Part shown: positions 20,048 to 29,890 of the stretch, piece after piece
How positions within the stretch are numbered: the first letter of the stretch is position 1
Layout: the number at the start of each line of letters is the position of its first letter
NCBI GenBank assembly: GCA_036478295.1
Contig: JAZGDW010000106.1
Location: 1 to 46,699 of the forward strand
Source: Candidatus Krumholzibacteriia bacterium
Lineage (GTDB): Bacteria; Krumholzibacteriota; Krumholzibacteriia; WVZY01
Length of the DNA stretch: 46,699 nucleotides
Direction of reading: 5' to 3'
Made by a program: the position numbers and the translations under genes
The notes under the pieces: generated by a model
Seen by the model: the letters and a program-made list of their open reading frames with translations, nothing else
Databases searched by the model: none
Told to the model about the DNA's origin: nothing

Positions 20048-22102
20048 CTACTCCAACCACTCGGCCAGCCACTCGTGCACCGTTCTCCACCAGAGCTCGG
20101 CGTTGTGGGGTTTCAACACCCAGTGGCCTTCGTCGGGAAAATAGAGCAGCTTCGACGGGACTCCTTTGCGCTGCAGCGCGGTGAAAAGCTGCAGCCCCTC
20201 GGACAGATCGACGCGGTAGTCCTTGCCACCGTGTATCACCAGCATCGGCGTCTTGAAGTTCTGCGCGTAGTTGTGGGGCGAGTACTCGCGATATTTCTCC
20301 CGGTCTTCCCACGGAACGCCGCCGAAATCCCACTCGGGAAACCACAACTCTTCGGTGGTCCCATAAAAACTGGTCAAATTGTAAACGCCGTCGTGATCGA
20401 TCAAACATGTGAAACGATCGGTGTGCCCGGCGATCCAGGCGATCATGTACCCGCCGAAGGATGCGCCGGCGGCGGCGATACGCTCTTTATCGATGAAGGA
20501 ATAATTTTCCAGCACGAAATCAAGACCGTTCATCAAGTCGGTGTAGACCTTGTTGCCCCAGTCGGTGGAGATTTCGTCGGTGAACTTCTGACCGAAACCG
20601 GTGCTGCCTCTCGGATTGACAGCCACGACCACATAACCCTGCGCCGCGAACATCTGGAAGCTCCAGCGGTAGCTGACCCCATCGCGCCAGGCTCCCTGGG
20701 GACCCCCATGGATGAGGAACACGAGGGGGTACTTGCGACCGGCGTCGAACCCCGGCGGCTTGAGGATAAACCCCTGCACGCGGGCATCCTCGGCACCGGT
20801 GAACGTGAACTCCTCGAGCGGGTTCATTTCGATCGACGCGAGGATCTCGTCATTGACGTGCGAGAGCCTGTCGAACTTCGTTGCGTTCCGGTCTGCGCGG
20901 TATACCTCGTAGGGCACGCTCGAGCTCTGCCTGAGAAAGACCATCGTCTTGCCGCTCCGGCTTATCCGCGGCGACGCCACGTACATCTTGCGCGTGAGTT
21001 GCTTGGCTTTTTTCGAGCGGATGTCGATCCGGTAAAGCGAATTGTAACCGGCATCGCTGCAGGTGACATAGATGCTGCGACTATCCGGCGCCCATGTGAT
21101 GCTGCCGACCGAACGGTCGAGCCGGTCGGCGAGATCCGCTCCCACGTCGATGACGTCGCCCGACCTGCGCTCGTGGAGCAGCAGGCGGTACTGGTCGGCC
21201 TCGAAGTTGGGCCGTTTCATGGCCCGGTACGCGACGTAGAGGCCGTCCGGCGAGTACACGGGATGGTTGTCGTTGGCCTCGCTCTGGGTAATCTTTTTCA
21301 TCGCCCCGTCCTCGAGATTGAGAACGAAAAGGTCATTATTGATGTTGCGCTCTAAATTGTCGCCAGGGTTGGCTGTTATGCAGAGTTCCCCGCTGTCGGG
21401 CGAGATGGCGATGTCGTGGCTGCTTCCCAACGTAAACGTGGGGTAAGCCACGTCCCCCGGCGTGAGGTCCTTGACGTCTTCACCGTCGGACGAAACCTTG
21501 AAAACGTGACGTTTCTTTTCATCCCGCCAGTGGTCCCAGTGGCGGTAGAGCAGATGGTCGTAGATACGCGCTTTGACCTTGCTCGACTCCAGGTCCTCAT
21601 CACGTTTCTTGTTACAGTCATCGTCGGGACAGTCGGGGTATACGCTCGACGTAAAGATGATGTAGCTGCCGTCGGGGGTCCATTCCGGATTGGACGCGCC
21701 CGTGGAGAGATCGGTCACCTGGCGGGCCTCGCCGCCACGCGTGGGCAGTACCCAGACTTGCGATTTACCGCTACGCGAGGAGGTAAAAGCGATCCACTTG
21801 CCATCCGGCGAAAAGCGTGGGTGCGTATCCGACTTGGGACTCTGGGTCAGCCTGCGGGCGGCCCCACCCCTCATCGGTACCAGGTAAATGTCGCTGTTGC
21901 CGCTGTTTTCTTTCATACTCTGGTAGTTGACGACGAACGCCACGTGCCGGCCGTCGGGCGATATCTGGGGGTCGGAAACACGTCCGAGGGAGATGAAGTC
22001 TTCGAAGGTGAGTGATTTTGCCGGGGCTTTCGATGCGCCGGCAGCGATACAGAGTGATGCCAATGCCGCCGCAAAAACCGGCCGCCGGGAGAATACACGC
22101 AT
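20048..22102 (-). CDS. S9 family secreted dipeptidyl/acylaminoacyl peptidase
   Basis: Signal peptide, PD40-like SPDG repeats, HGGPQ, GASFGG nucleophile, DYRV, FPDEGHW. AAGGAG RBS before ATG 22102. Confidence 0.93.
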   Translation of the reverse strand: MRVFSRRPVFAAALASLCIAAGASKAPAKSLTFEDFISLGRVSDPQISPDGRHVAFVVNYQSMKENSGNSDIYLVPMRGGAARRLTQSPKSDTHPRFSPDGKWIAFTSSRSGKSQVWVLPTRGGEARQVTDLSTGASNPEWTPDGSYIIFTSSVYPDCPDDDCNKKRDEDLESSKVKARIYDHLLYRHWDHWRDEKKRHVFKVSSDGEDVKDLTPGDVAYPTFTLGSSHDIAISPDSGELCITANPGDNLERNINNDLFVLNLEDGAMKKITQSEANDNHPVYSPDGLYVAYRAMKRPNFEADQYRLLLHERRSGDVIDVGADLADRLDRSVGSITWAPDSRSIYVTCSDAGYNSLYRIDIRSKKAKQLTRKMYVASPRISRSGKTMVFLRQSSSVPYEVYRADRNATKFDRLSHVNDEILASIEMNPLEEFTFTGAEDARVQGFILKPPGFDAGRKYPLVFLIHGGPQGAWRDGVSYRWSFQMFAAQGYVVVAVNPRGSTGFGQKFTDEISTDWGNKVYTDLMNGLDFVLENYSFIDKERIAAAGASFGGYMIAWIAGHTDRFTCLIDHDGVYNLTSFYGTTEELWFPEWDFGGVPWEDREKYREYSPHNYAQNFKTPMLVIHGGKDYRVDLSEGLQLFTALQRKGVPSKLLYFPDEGHWVLKPHNAELWWRTVHEWLAEWLE

Positions 22103-22348
22103 GTGAGCTCCTTTCACATTTTTACCGGACGAGGCTTCCCTTATTAAACACGAAACCAAACGGAGGCGCAAGTGGGGGCGCACGGCGTGCTGTGTCGCCG
22201 CCACACCAGGGATGAGTGGCTCCGGCCGTACCCGCGCAAAGAGAGAAACGGGACGCCATTACGCCATATTTTTCATGCTTCCGCGAGTGGGCCGGGTTGG
22301 CTATAATGACACTGTGAACAGGCTTTACCACGATGGGGGATGAGGATT

Positions 22349-23974
22349 ATGACAGATTTTTTTTACAAGCCCCTCTACGAGAAGAAGAAGGGCACCACGA
22401 AGTACCGGCTGCTGACGAGCGATCACGTGTCGACGGCGACGTTCGAGGGACAAACGATTCTCAAAGTCCGGCCGGAGGCGTTGACCGAGCTCGCCAGGGC
22501 GGCAATGAGCGACATCAACTACTACTACCGCACGCACCACCTGCAATCACTGGCGCGGATACTCGACGATCCCGAGGCGTCACCCAACGACCGCTACGTC
22601 GCCCTGACCCTGCTGAAGAATGCGGTGATCTCGGCGGAACGGGTCCTGCCGAGCTGCCAGGATACGGGAACAGCCATCGTGTTCGGCATGAAGGGCCAAA
22701 GGGTGTGGACCGACTTCAGCGATGAGGAGGCCTTGAGCAGGGGGATTTTCCGGACCTACGCGGACGAGAACCTGCGCTACTCGCAAATGTCGCCGGTGTC
22801 GATGTACGAAGAGGTCAACACGGGGACCAATCTGCCGGCGCAGATCGATATCCAGGCGGTGCCGGGGGGCGAGTATTCATTGCTGTTCCTGGCCAAGGGT
22901 GGGGGCTCGGCGAACAAGATGTTCTTTTACCAGGAGACCAAGGCCATTCTCGACCCGGAGCGCCTGCCGAACTTCGTACGGGAGAAGCTCATCACACTGG
23001 GGACGGCCGCCTGTCCGCCGTACCACCTGGCGCTGGTCATCGGTGGCACCTCCGCGGAAAACACGATGAAGATGCTGAAACTGGCCTCGGCCGGTTATCT
23101 GGACGATCTTCCCACCGAAGGAGGCAGCCACGGCAGCGCCTTTCGCGATATGGCGATGGAAGAGGTCGTTTTCAAGCTCGCGCAGGAGACGGGCATCGGC
23201 GCCCAGTTCGGCGGCAAGTATTTCGCGCACGACGTTCGGGTCGTCCGGCTGCCGCGCCACGGTGCGTCGCTGCCGGTGGGCTTGGGTGTGAGCTGCAGTG
23301 CCGACAGGAACATTCTCGGCAAGATTACATCGGACGGCATATTTCTCGAACAGCTGGACACGGAACCGGGCCGCTTTTTGCCGGAACCGGGCAAGGTCGA
23401 GCCCGGCAAGGCGGTGGCTGTCGACCTGAACCGGTCGATGGCGGAGATCTGCGCCGAGCTCAGCAATTATCCCATCAAGACGCTCCTGCTACTGAGTGGC
23501 AAGCTCGTCGTCGCGCGCGATCTCGCGCACGCCAAACTCCGCGAGCGCGTCGAGAGCGGCAAGGGCCTGCCGCAGTATTTCAAAGACCGCCCCGTCTACT
23601 ACGCCGGACCGGCGAAAAAACCGCAGGGCTATCACTCGGGCAGTTTCGGCCCGACGACGGCGGGCCGAATGGACGCCTACGTCGAGGGGTTTCAGAAGCT
23701 CGGTGGATCGCTGGTCATGCTGGCGAAAGGGAACCGCTCGCCCGTGGTAAAGGAGGCGTGCAAGAAGTACGGCGGGTTCTACCTGGGATCGATCGGCGGT
23801 CCCGCCGCGATTATCGCGCACGACAACATCACCGACGTCAAGGTGGTCGAGTTCGAAGAGCTGGGCATGGAGGCCATCTGGGAGATCACGGTCAAGGATT
23901 TTCCCGCGTTCATCGTCATCGACGACAAAGGCAACGACTTCTTCGAAGAGATTATCAAGGGCCGGGGGGCGTAG
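22349..23974 (+). CDS. fumA: Class I (Fe-S) fumarate hydratase
   Basis: Motifs [47 protein letters not shown] before ATG 22349 (alternative start 22340). Confidence 0.93.
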   Translation: MTDFFYKPLYEKKKGTTKYRLLTSDHVSTATFEGQTILKVRPEALTELARAAMSDINYYYRTHHLQSLARILDDPEASPNDRYVALTLLKNAVISAERVLPSCQDTGTAIVFGMKGQRVWTDFSDEEALSRGIFRTYADENLRYSQMSPVSMYEEVNTGTNLPAQIDIQAVPGGEYSLLFLAKGGGSANKMFFYQETKAILDPERLPNFVREKLITLGTAACPPYHLALVIGGTSAENTMKMLKLASAGYLDDLPTEGGSHGSAFRDMAMEEVVFKLAQETGIGAQFGGKYFAHDVRVVRLPRHGASLPVGLGVSCSADRNILGKITSDGIFLEQLDTEPGRFLPEPGKVEPGKAVAVDLNRSMAEICAELSNYPIKTLLLLSGKLVVARDLAHAKLRERVESGKGLPQYFKDRPVYYAGPAKKPQGYHSGSFGPTTAGRMDAYVEGFQKLGGSLVMLAKGNRSPVVKEACKKYGGFYLGSIGGPAAIIAHDNITDVKVVEFEELGMEAIWEITVKDFPAFIVIDDKGNDFFEEIIKGRGA

Positions 23975-24025
23975 ACGAACCTGGCGGTACCGCCTTGATT
24001 CGTCTCCGGCGCGTTCGCGGAAACG

Positions 24026-24143
24026 AGTAGTGTGGGCTGGGGATTGTTGACGGACCGTTGCGCAGGAGCGAGCGACGCCCCGCGTGGCGGGGTAGCCGAG
24101 CGAAGCGGACGCCGGCCGGAAACCATTCCCAGCCCGCACTACT
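24026..24143. repeat. Imperfect ~23-bp inverted repeat enclosing a GC-rich core between convergent genes
   Basis: AGTAGTGTGGGCTGGGGATTGTT (24026-24048) pairs with AACCATTCCCAGCCCGCACTACT (24121-24143). Confidence 0.6.
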
Positions 24144-24642
24144 TCTCACCGGTGAGCGTACGCTTGCCGAGTTCCTGGTCGAGGATGAACATGGCGCCGT
24201 TGTCACCCTCGATCAGCTTGACCTTCTCCATCAGACGGGTCGCGCTGGATTCCTCTTCGACCTGCTCCTCGACGAACCACTGCAGGAACACGCGGGTGGC
24301 GTGATCGTTCTCCTCGAACGCCAGATTCATGAGTTCGTTGATCTGGGTGGTGTTCGCCCTTTCGTGCTTGAGCGCTTCCTGGCAGGCGGAGAGAGGGGAG
24401 TTCCACTTCGCCGCCGGCGCCGCGACCGCGGCGAGTTCTACGTTGCCCTCACGCTCGAGAACATAGTCAAAGAGCTTGATCGAATGTCCCAGCTCCTCCT
24501 GCGCTTGCAGGCGCATCCAATGGGCGAATCCATCGAGGTTGCTACGGTCAAAGTAGGCGGACATCGACAGGTAAATGTAGGATGACAGCAATTCCTGGTT
24601 CATTTGTTGGTTAATCGCTTTTTCAATCTTCTTCGACAGCAA
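24139..24642 (-). CDS. ftnA: Non-heme ferritin
   Basis: Motifs NQELLSSYIYLSMSAYF, QAQEELGH, HE..NT, FLQWFVEEQVEEE. AAGGAG RBS before TTG. Confidence 0.95.
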   Translation of the reverse strand: MLSKKIEKAINQQMNQELLSSYIYLSMSAYFDRSNLDGFAHWMRLQAQEELGHSIKLFDYVLEREGNVELAAVAAPAAKWNSPLSACQEALKHERANTTQINELMNLAFEENDHATRVFLQWFVEEQVEEESSATRLMEKVKLIEGDNGAMFILDQELGKRTLTGEK

Positions 24643-24692
24643 GGTTCACTCCTTATTTGGGCAGAATTCAGTGGTCCGTACGTAATCTTCGA

Positions 24693-27017
24693 TTAGTCTT
24701 CGCGAACCTGCACGAGGCTGGCAGCCAGGCGATCGGTATGAGTCACGCGACCGCTCGCGTCGACCCGGCCGAATGTTAGAACGCCCGTGGGGCAGCTCTG
24801 CACGCAGGCAGAGCAGCGCACGCATTGCGGGTCCTCCATCGGCAGGCCTTTGTTGGCGAAGTTCATGATATCAATACCCTGGTGGCATACGGAAGTGCAA
24901 ACGTTACAGGAGATGCACTTTTTCTTGTCGGCGAAGATACGAAAGCGGCTGAAACGCGCGTAGACATGCATCAATGCGGCCAACGGACACATGAAGCGGC
25001 ACCAGACGCGACCGCTGTACCAGAAGTAGACCCCGTAGCCGATGACCCCCGCCAGGGAGACATCGACAATCCACTTGTACCGTTCCTTGAGCACGTGAAA
25101 AATGCCGTCCACCACAGGACCGGGAAAGATCCAGCCGTAGATACGCAGGACCAGAATAGCGACTGCGACAAGCAGGACGACCTGGCCGATCAGGTTGAGA
25201 CGATTCCAGCGCGGTCCGTGGGGCATCTTGTGACGGTGGGTGTCTCCAAGTGTTTCCGCCAGGGCGCCGCACGAGCATATCCATCCGCAGTACGCCCCTT
25301 TACCCCAGAAATAAATCATGACCGGTATGATCACGAAGGTCTGCACGAAGGCGATGACCAACCACCACGTGAGCGGCGAGTCGGTGAACACGTTATAGAC
25401 GTTGAGCGGCCAGGCCAGGATTAGCCCGTACGCACGCCAGAACTCGCGGCCGTGCCCGTAATCGACGACGGGAAACATGCCGTCCGCCAGCGGCCGCCAC
25501 AACAAGCCGTGCTTGTCGAGCAGGGGCAGGATGATTTCCGGCAGTAAGAAAAGCGGAATCACCTGGATCGCCATCAGGGTCAGGGTTTGTACCTTGATGT
25601 ACGGCGTCTTGCGGCGCTCGATGCGCCGAAACCCAAAGACGACGACGAGTGTGCAGTAGGCCAGCGTATACCAGAACGAGGGACCGGACGCCGAGATCAT
25701 AACCGTTCCCAGGAACGATTTCGGATTGGCCACCGCGTCGGCAAAGGTCGAGGTCAGCGAAAAGGGGAACCAGTTTTTCGCGTAGAAGAGGTTGCTGAGT
25801 GCACCCCCGGATTTCCAGTTGTAGAGGGCGATGCAGAACAGGACGAAACCGGCGAACGCCAGCATGGCCCCGCGGGTCCACTCGCCGGCGATGCGTATGC
25901 CGCTGCGCCGGAAGAAATCGAGCGGCGCCTCGCGGCCGATCATGCAAAAGACGACGTCGTTGGCGATGGTTTCCGTCTCGCCATCTGCGCCTGCGATTAC
26001 CACTTCCTTTTCACGGATTTCCTTGACCGTACTCTTCATGCGGAGTTCGAGGCCGCCCGGCTGCCGGTGGGCACCGAGAAACCGGCCTGCCGCGGTGGTT
26101 ACCCGCTCGCTGGTGGGATTCTCTACAGCCACGTCGGCACCCGGATCATCTCTCAGGCGCTCGATCATCTCGATATTCTCCGGCTTCGGCCGCGAGAACT
26201 CCTCCCTGCGGTACGAGATGGTCACTTTGGATCCGCACTGCGCCAGCGCGATCGCCGTCTCCAGGGCGGTGTCGCCACCGCCCACGATGACAACGTCCGT
26301 TCCGCAAAAATCCTTGGGGTCGTGGAGCCTGTTGTAACACTTGTCGAGGTCTTCGCCCGGCACGCCCAGCCGGTTGAAATTTCCGCTGCGGCCCAACGCG
26401 CAGATGGCCCGCCGGCACAACAAGTTGTCCCCTCCGGTGACCACCACTTCGAGCTGTTTGCCCTTGCGACGCACGTATTCCGCATGGATGGGCAGCGGCG
26501 TAATGCCCTTGGCGACGGTTTGTGCGTGAAGCTCTTCCACGAGCGTCTCCTTGATCTTGGCCGACATCTGGAGATCGCCGTACGGCGTCATGTCCTTGGG
26601 GTAAGTGTAGATGGGCTTGCCCTTGGGAAAGTTGACCACGGTCGAGAAGGGCTCTGAGGACTCGAGGATGCGAAAATCCAGCCCGGCCTTCCGGGCCTCC
26701 ACGGCGGCGGCCATGCCGGAGACGCCGGCGCCTATAATCACTAGGTCGCAGACACCCTCCGGACCTGCACCCGACTTTCGCTCGGTTTGAAACGCCGTAT
26801 CCGCAACAATATGCGCGACGGCGCGCGCGCCACTGTCCGCCGAGAATTTGAGCAGAGGGACGCCCCGAAGATCGCCGACAACGTAAGCGCCGGGAATATT
26901 TGTAGTTCCGTCGTCACCTGCCAGCGGCAGCCGCTCGACGTGGCCCGCGGGCCATTGTAGGTGCAGCCATCGGGTGTACTTTGTGATATACTTTCGGAGG
27001 AGATTCATGGCGGGCAT
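24693..27017 (-). CDS. TrxR/FNR-like FAD/NAD(P)H oxidoreductase fused to a NapH/FixG-type polytopic membrane domain with 2x[4Fe-4S]
   Basis: GAGVSG and GGGDTA..SYRR nucleotide motifs, several TM segments, CGWICSCG and CRFMCP motifs, CISCNVCTSVC and CVRCSACVQSCP. Confidence 0.85.
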   Translation of the reverse strand: MPAMNLLRKYITKYTRWLHLQWPAGHVERLPLAGDDGTTNIPGAYVVGDLRGVPLLKFSADSGARAVAHIVADTAFQTERKSGAGPEGVCDLVIIGAGVSGMAAAVEARKAGLDFRILESSEPFSTVVNFPKGKPIYTYPKDMTPYGDLQMSAKIKETLVEELHAQTVAKGITPLPIHAEYVRRKGKQLEVVVTGGDNLLCRRAICALGRSGNFNRLGVPGEDLDKCYNRLHDPKDFCGTDVVIVGGGDTALETAIALAQCGSKVTISYRREEFSRPKPENIEMIERLRDDPGADVAVENPTSERVTTAAGRFLGAHRQPGGLELRMKSTVKEIREKEVVIAGADGETETIANDVVFCMIGREAPLDFFRRSGIRIAGEWTRGAMLAFAGFVLFCIALYNWKSGGALSNLFYAKNWFPFSLTSTFADAVANPKSFLGTVMISASGPSFWYTLAYCTLVVVFGFRRIERRKTPYIKVQTLTLMAIQVIPLFLLPEIILPLLDKHGLLWRPLADGMFPVVDYGHGREFWRAYGLILAWPLNVYNVFTDSPLTWWLVIAFVQTFVIIPVMIYFWGKGAYCGWICSCGALAETLGDTHRHKMPHGPRWNRLNLIGQVVLLVAVAILVLRIYGWIFPGPVVDGIFHVLKERYKWIVDVSLAGVIGYGVYFWYSGRVWCRFMCPLAALMHVYARFSRFRIFADKKKCISCNVCTSVCHQGIDIMNFANKGLPMEDPQCVRCSACVQSCPTGVLTFGRVDASGRVTHTDRLAASLVQVRED

Positions 27018-27135
27018 TTTGTCCGGTAAAGGGTCTCTGATCGAAAATTTTTCGGGCCTGCAACTCCCGTAAAATCAGATTCTTTGGAAGATTAGTCGTC
27101 GCCGGACGAGAATCCTAGCATTTTTGTGTAAGCTT

Positions 27136-27288
27136 CTCTATGGGGCGGCGACCAAAGGACGAATTACTCAGCGCCTTCAGAAATCTCCTTACCTGACCGT
27201 AGACCCGGGTGCTGACTTTCAGAAATAGGCAGTGCGCCGCTTGAAAAGGCAGAGTGGGCGATAACTAGAGCGGTGCGCTGTCTTTTTT
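27136..27288 (+). other. Candidate structured RNA ending in a terminator-like stem and U tract
   Basis: Hand-paired stems 27143-27150/27235-27242, 27168-27176/27207-27215 and 27228-27241/27269-27282, followed by T6. The G-U pairs favour the + strand. Confidence 0.35.
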
Positions 27289-27378
27289 CTTGAAAATCCT
27301 CGCTAACGACCCCACAACCTCCCCCATGAATCCTGCACCCTCGGAGGTCCTCCGTTTTCGTTTTTGCTTGACTTCAGG

Positions 27379-27411
27379 TGTGTTCACTGGTAAATAACAC
27401 ATTAGTATAAT
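27379..27411 (+). promoter_or_regulatory. Promoter of the OPT operon with an overlapping inverted repeat
   Basis: TTCACT(27383)-17 nt-TATAAT(27406). TGTGTT-N11-AACACA at 27379-27401. Confidence 0.65.
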
Positions 27412-27481
27412 TCAACTTGTGAGATTTTCCCGCCGGGCGGCACACCCAGAAATCCGCACATTATGAAACGGGGGAGGAGCG

Positions 27482-29452
27482 ATGGAGAAAGCACCCTTCA
27501 AACCCTACGTTCCCGAAGAGACAAGTATGGCCGAGCTTACCCTCAAAGCGATGGTGCTCGGCGTTCTTATGGCCCTGGTTCTGGGTGCCGCCAATGCCTA
27601 TCTCGGCATGCGAGCGGGTATTACGGTATCGGCCATCTTTCCGGCAGCGGTAGTTGCGATGGCCGCGCTGCGTCCGTTCAAGGCGACCATTCTGGAAGAG
27701 AACATCGCGCGAACAACCGCGTCGGTCGGTGAAGCGCTGGTCGCGGGCGCGATTTTTACCCTGCCGGCATTTGTGCTCTCGGGCGTGTGGGATACCCTCC
27801 ACTACCGGGATTCGACGTTGATCATGTTGGTGGGTGGTACGCTCGGTGTACTCTTCATCATCGTGCTCAGGCGCACGATGGTCGAGGACGCGACGCTGCC
27901 GTTTCCGGAGAGTGTCGCCGCATCAGAGATCGTCAAAGCCGGACAGGGCGGCGCAACCGGCGCGGCGTACGTTTTCTCGGCCATGGGGTTTGCGGGCCTG
28001 TGGGAAATCCTGCACAACAGCTACGGCGTCACGCTGGTGGGTGACAGCCTCTCGAAGTTCTTCAAGTTTTCGTCCTCAAAGATCGAACTCGTGGGTCAGA
28101 ACTTTACGTACAGTGGCGGCATTCTGTTCCAGACTCCGTCCGCGTCTCCGGCGCTGACCGGAGTCGGTTTCATCGTCGGCATGCGTGTCGCCACGGTGCT
28201 CTTTGCCGGAGCGGTGTTTGGCTGGTGGCTGCTGGTGCCCCTGGCGGTTTTTCTCAATCCCGGGCTCAAGGCGCTCGCGGCATCGAGCGACTGGACGACG
28301 GTCACCAACGAAGTGTGGACCAACCAGATACGGCCGCTGGCTGTCGGTACCATGATCGTGGCCGCATTCTACACACTGTGGGGGCTCAGGAAGTCGCTCA
28401 TCGGTGGCATTTCGAAAGCGATAGGCGATTTGAAGACTTCCAAAGAGGGTGGGGGAGTCCTCAGCCGGCTGGACACCGACCTCGATTTCAAACGGGTGTT
28501 CACGGGGATCGGGCTGTTGGCCGTTCCCATGCTGGTTCTCTACTATTACTTCAGCGGGTCGGCAGTCGGATCGGTTCTCCTGACCATTGTCATGTTGATT
28601 CTTGGATTCCTCTTCGCGGCGGTTGCCGGTTACCTGGTGGGACTGATCGGGTCGTCGAACAACCCCATCAGCGGGCTCACGTTGAGTACGCTGCTCATCG
28701 CGGCCATTATTATGGTCGCCTTGAAGATAACCGGGCCCAAGGGGATTATGGCGGTGCTGGGTATTTCGGGGGTGATCTGCTGCGCTGCGGGCATCGCCGG
28801 GGACATGATGCAGGATCTCAAAGTGGGGTACATTCTCGGAGGATCGCCCCGCAAGATGGAAATCGCCGAGCTGATCGGCGTGGTGTTTGCGGCGCTTTTC
28901 CTGGCGCTTGCGATAAGCGCGTTGCACGAAGTGTACACGATCGGCAGCGACCTGCTGCCGGCGCCGCAGGCCGGGTTGATGGCGCTCATGGCCAAGGGAA
29001 TCGTGGGCGGTGATATGGCCTGGCCCCTGGTCATCGTGGGGATGCTCATGGCGGGGGCGCTGATCATGCTCAAAGCGCCGTCTCCGATGCTCATCGCGGT
29101 GGGCATGTACCTGCCGTTTACAGCGACGGCGCCGATCTTTGTCGGGGGAATCATCCGCCACTTCATGGACCGGGCGCTCCGCAAGCGAAACGCCGATGAA
29201 GGAAGCGTACGCAAGGCGGAGAACACCGGTGTGCTCATCTCTTCGGGGTTGATTGCCGGGGAATCGCTCATGGCGGTGATTCTGGCGTTCGTGGTCCTGG
29301 GCCGGGCGCTCTCAGATCCCAGCGCCGAGGCAGAAGCGCAGCCGCTCTTCGCGTTGACTCCGAACCCGTGGTTTGGACTGGTGATTTTCGCCATTCTGGC
29401 ATGGGTGCTCATCCGGTCGCCGCTGAAGGCGGCATTCGCGGGCCGGCGCTAG
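27482..29452 (+). CDS. OPT family oligopeptide transporter
   Basis: Motifs ELTLKA, NAYLGMRAG, LPFPES, GLIGSSNNPISG, MQDLKVG, PAPQA, SGLIAGES. Highly hydrophobic. Confidence 0.95.
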   Translation: MEKAPFKPYVPEETSMAELTLKAMVLGVLMALVLGAANAYLGMRAGITVSAIFPAAVVAMAALRPFKATILEENIARTTASVGEALVAGAIFTLPAFVLSGVWDTLHYRDSTLIMLVGGTLGVLFIIVLRRTMVEDATLPFPESVAASEIVKAGQGGATGAAYVFSAMGFAGLWEILHNSYGVTLVGDSLSKFFKFSSSKIELVGQNFTYSGGILFQTPSASPALTGVGFIVGMRVATVLFAGAVFGWWLLVPLAVFLNPGLKALAASSDWTTVTNEVWTNQIRPLAVGTMIVAAFYTLWGLRKSLIGGISKAIGDLKTSKEGGGVLSRLDTDLDFKRVFTGIGLLAVPMLVLYYYFSGSAVGSVLLTIVMLILGFLFAAVAGYLVGLIGSSNNPISGLTLSTLLIAAIIMVALKITGPKGIMAVLGISGVICCAAGIAGDMMQDLKVGYILGGSPRKMEIAELIGVVFAALFLALAISALHEVYTIGSDLLPAPQAGLMALMAKGIVGGDMAWPLVIVGMLMAGALIMLKAPSPMLIAVGMYLPFTATAPIFVGGIIRHFMDRALRKRNADEGSVRKAENTGVLISSGLIAGESLMAVILAFVVLGRALSDPSAEAEAQPLFALTPNPWFGLVIFAILAWVLIRSPLKAAFAGRR

Positions 29453-29488
29453 GGATCACCAGCCCGGTGACAAGCAGTTAGCGTACCT

Positions 29489-29827
29489 ATGGCCAAGCAA
29501 ACCCTGAATTTCTACGAACTCGTTCCCCGCCAGAAGCGGCTGTTCGAAGAACGCGCTGACGGGACCGTGGACATACTGCTGCCGCGGTACGGCAACAGTG
29601 CGATCAACAGGGTTTTGAAGCAGTTTCTAAACCAGAAACCCGTCCGCCTTCACCTCGACGACGTCGGGGCGTCCGTGTGGCGCCTGTGCGACGGCCGCCG
29701 CTCCGTTCGGGAGATCGGTGCTACGTTGCACGAGCGATTCGGCGGGCGCATCGAGCCCGTGTATGATCGCCTGGGGACGTTTCTTGAACAAATGCGCAAG
29801 GGTGGGATGATAGAGTGGGTTTCTTGA
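29489..29827 (+). CDS. PqqD-family (RiPP recognition element-like) protein
   Basis: LDDVGASVWRLCDGRRSVREIG...FLEQM...GMI winged-helix signature. Confidence 0.85.
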   Translation: MAKQTLNFYELVPRQKRLFEERADGTVDILLPRYGNSAINRVLKQFLNQKPVRLHLDDVGASVWRLCDGRRSVREIGATLHERFGGRIEPVYDRLGTFLEQMRKGGMIEWVS

Positions 29828-29890
29828 GCGATCGGCGGCACGGGGACCTTCGGCGACGACATTTCATTTGACCAGGACGGGGAACCAAGC

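Noticed and set aside
27136..27288. Assignment as TPP riboswitch, tmRNA, SRP or 6S RNA
   Set aside because: It lacks the TPP CUGAGA core, the tmRNA tRNA-like 3' end and the SRP domain IV motif, and is short for 6S. Left as an unassigned candidate.
29489..29827. PQQ or RiPP biosynthetic cluster
   Set aside because: No pqqA/B/C/E, radical SAM enzyme or precursor peptide nearby.
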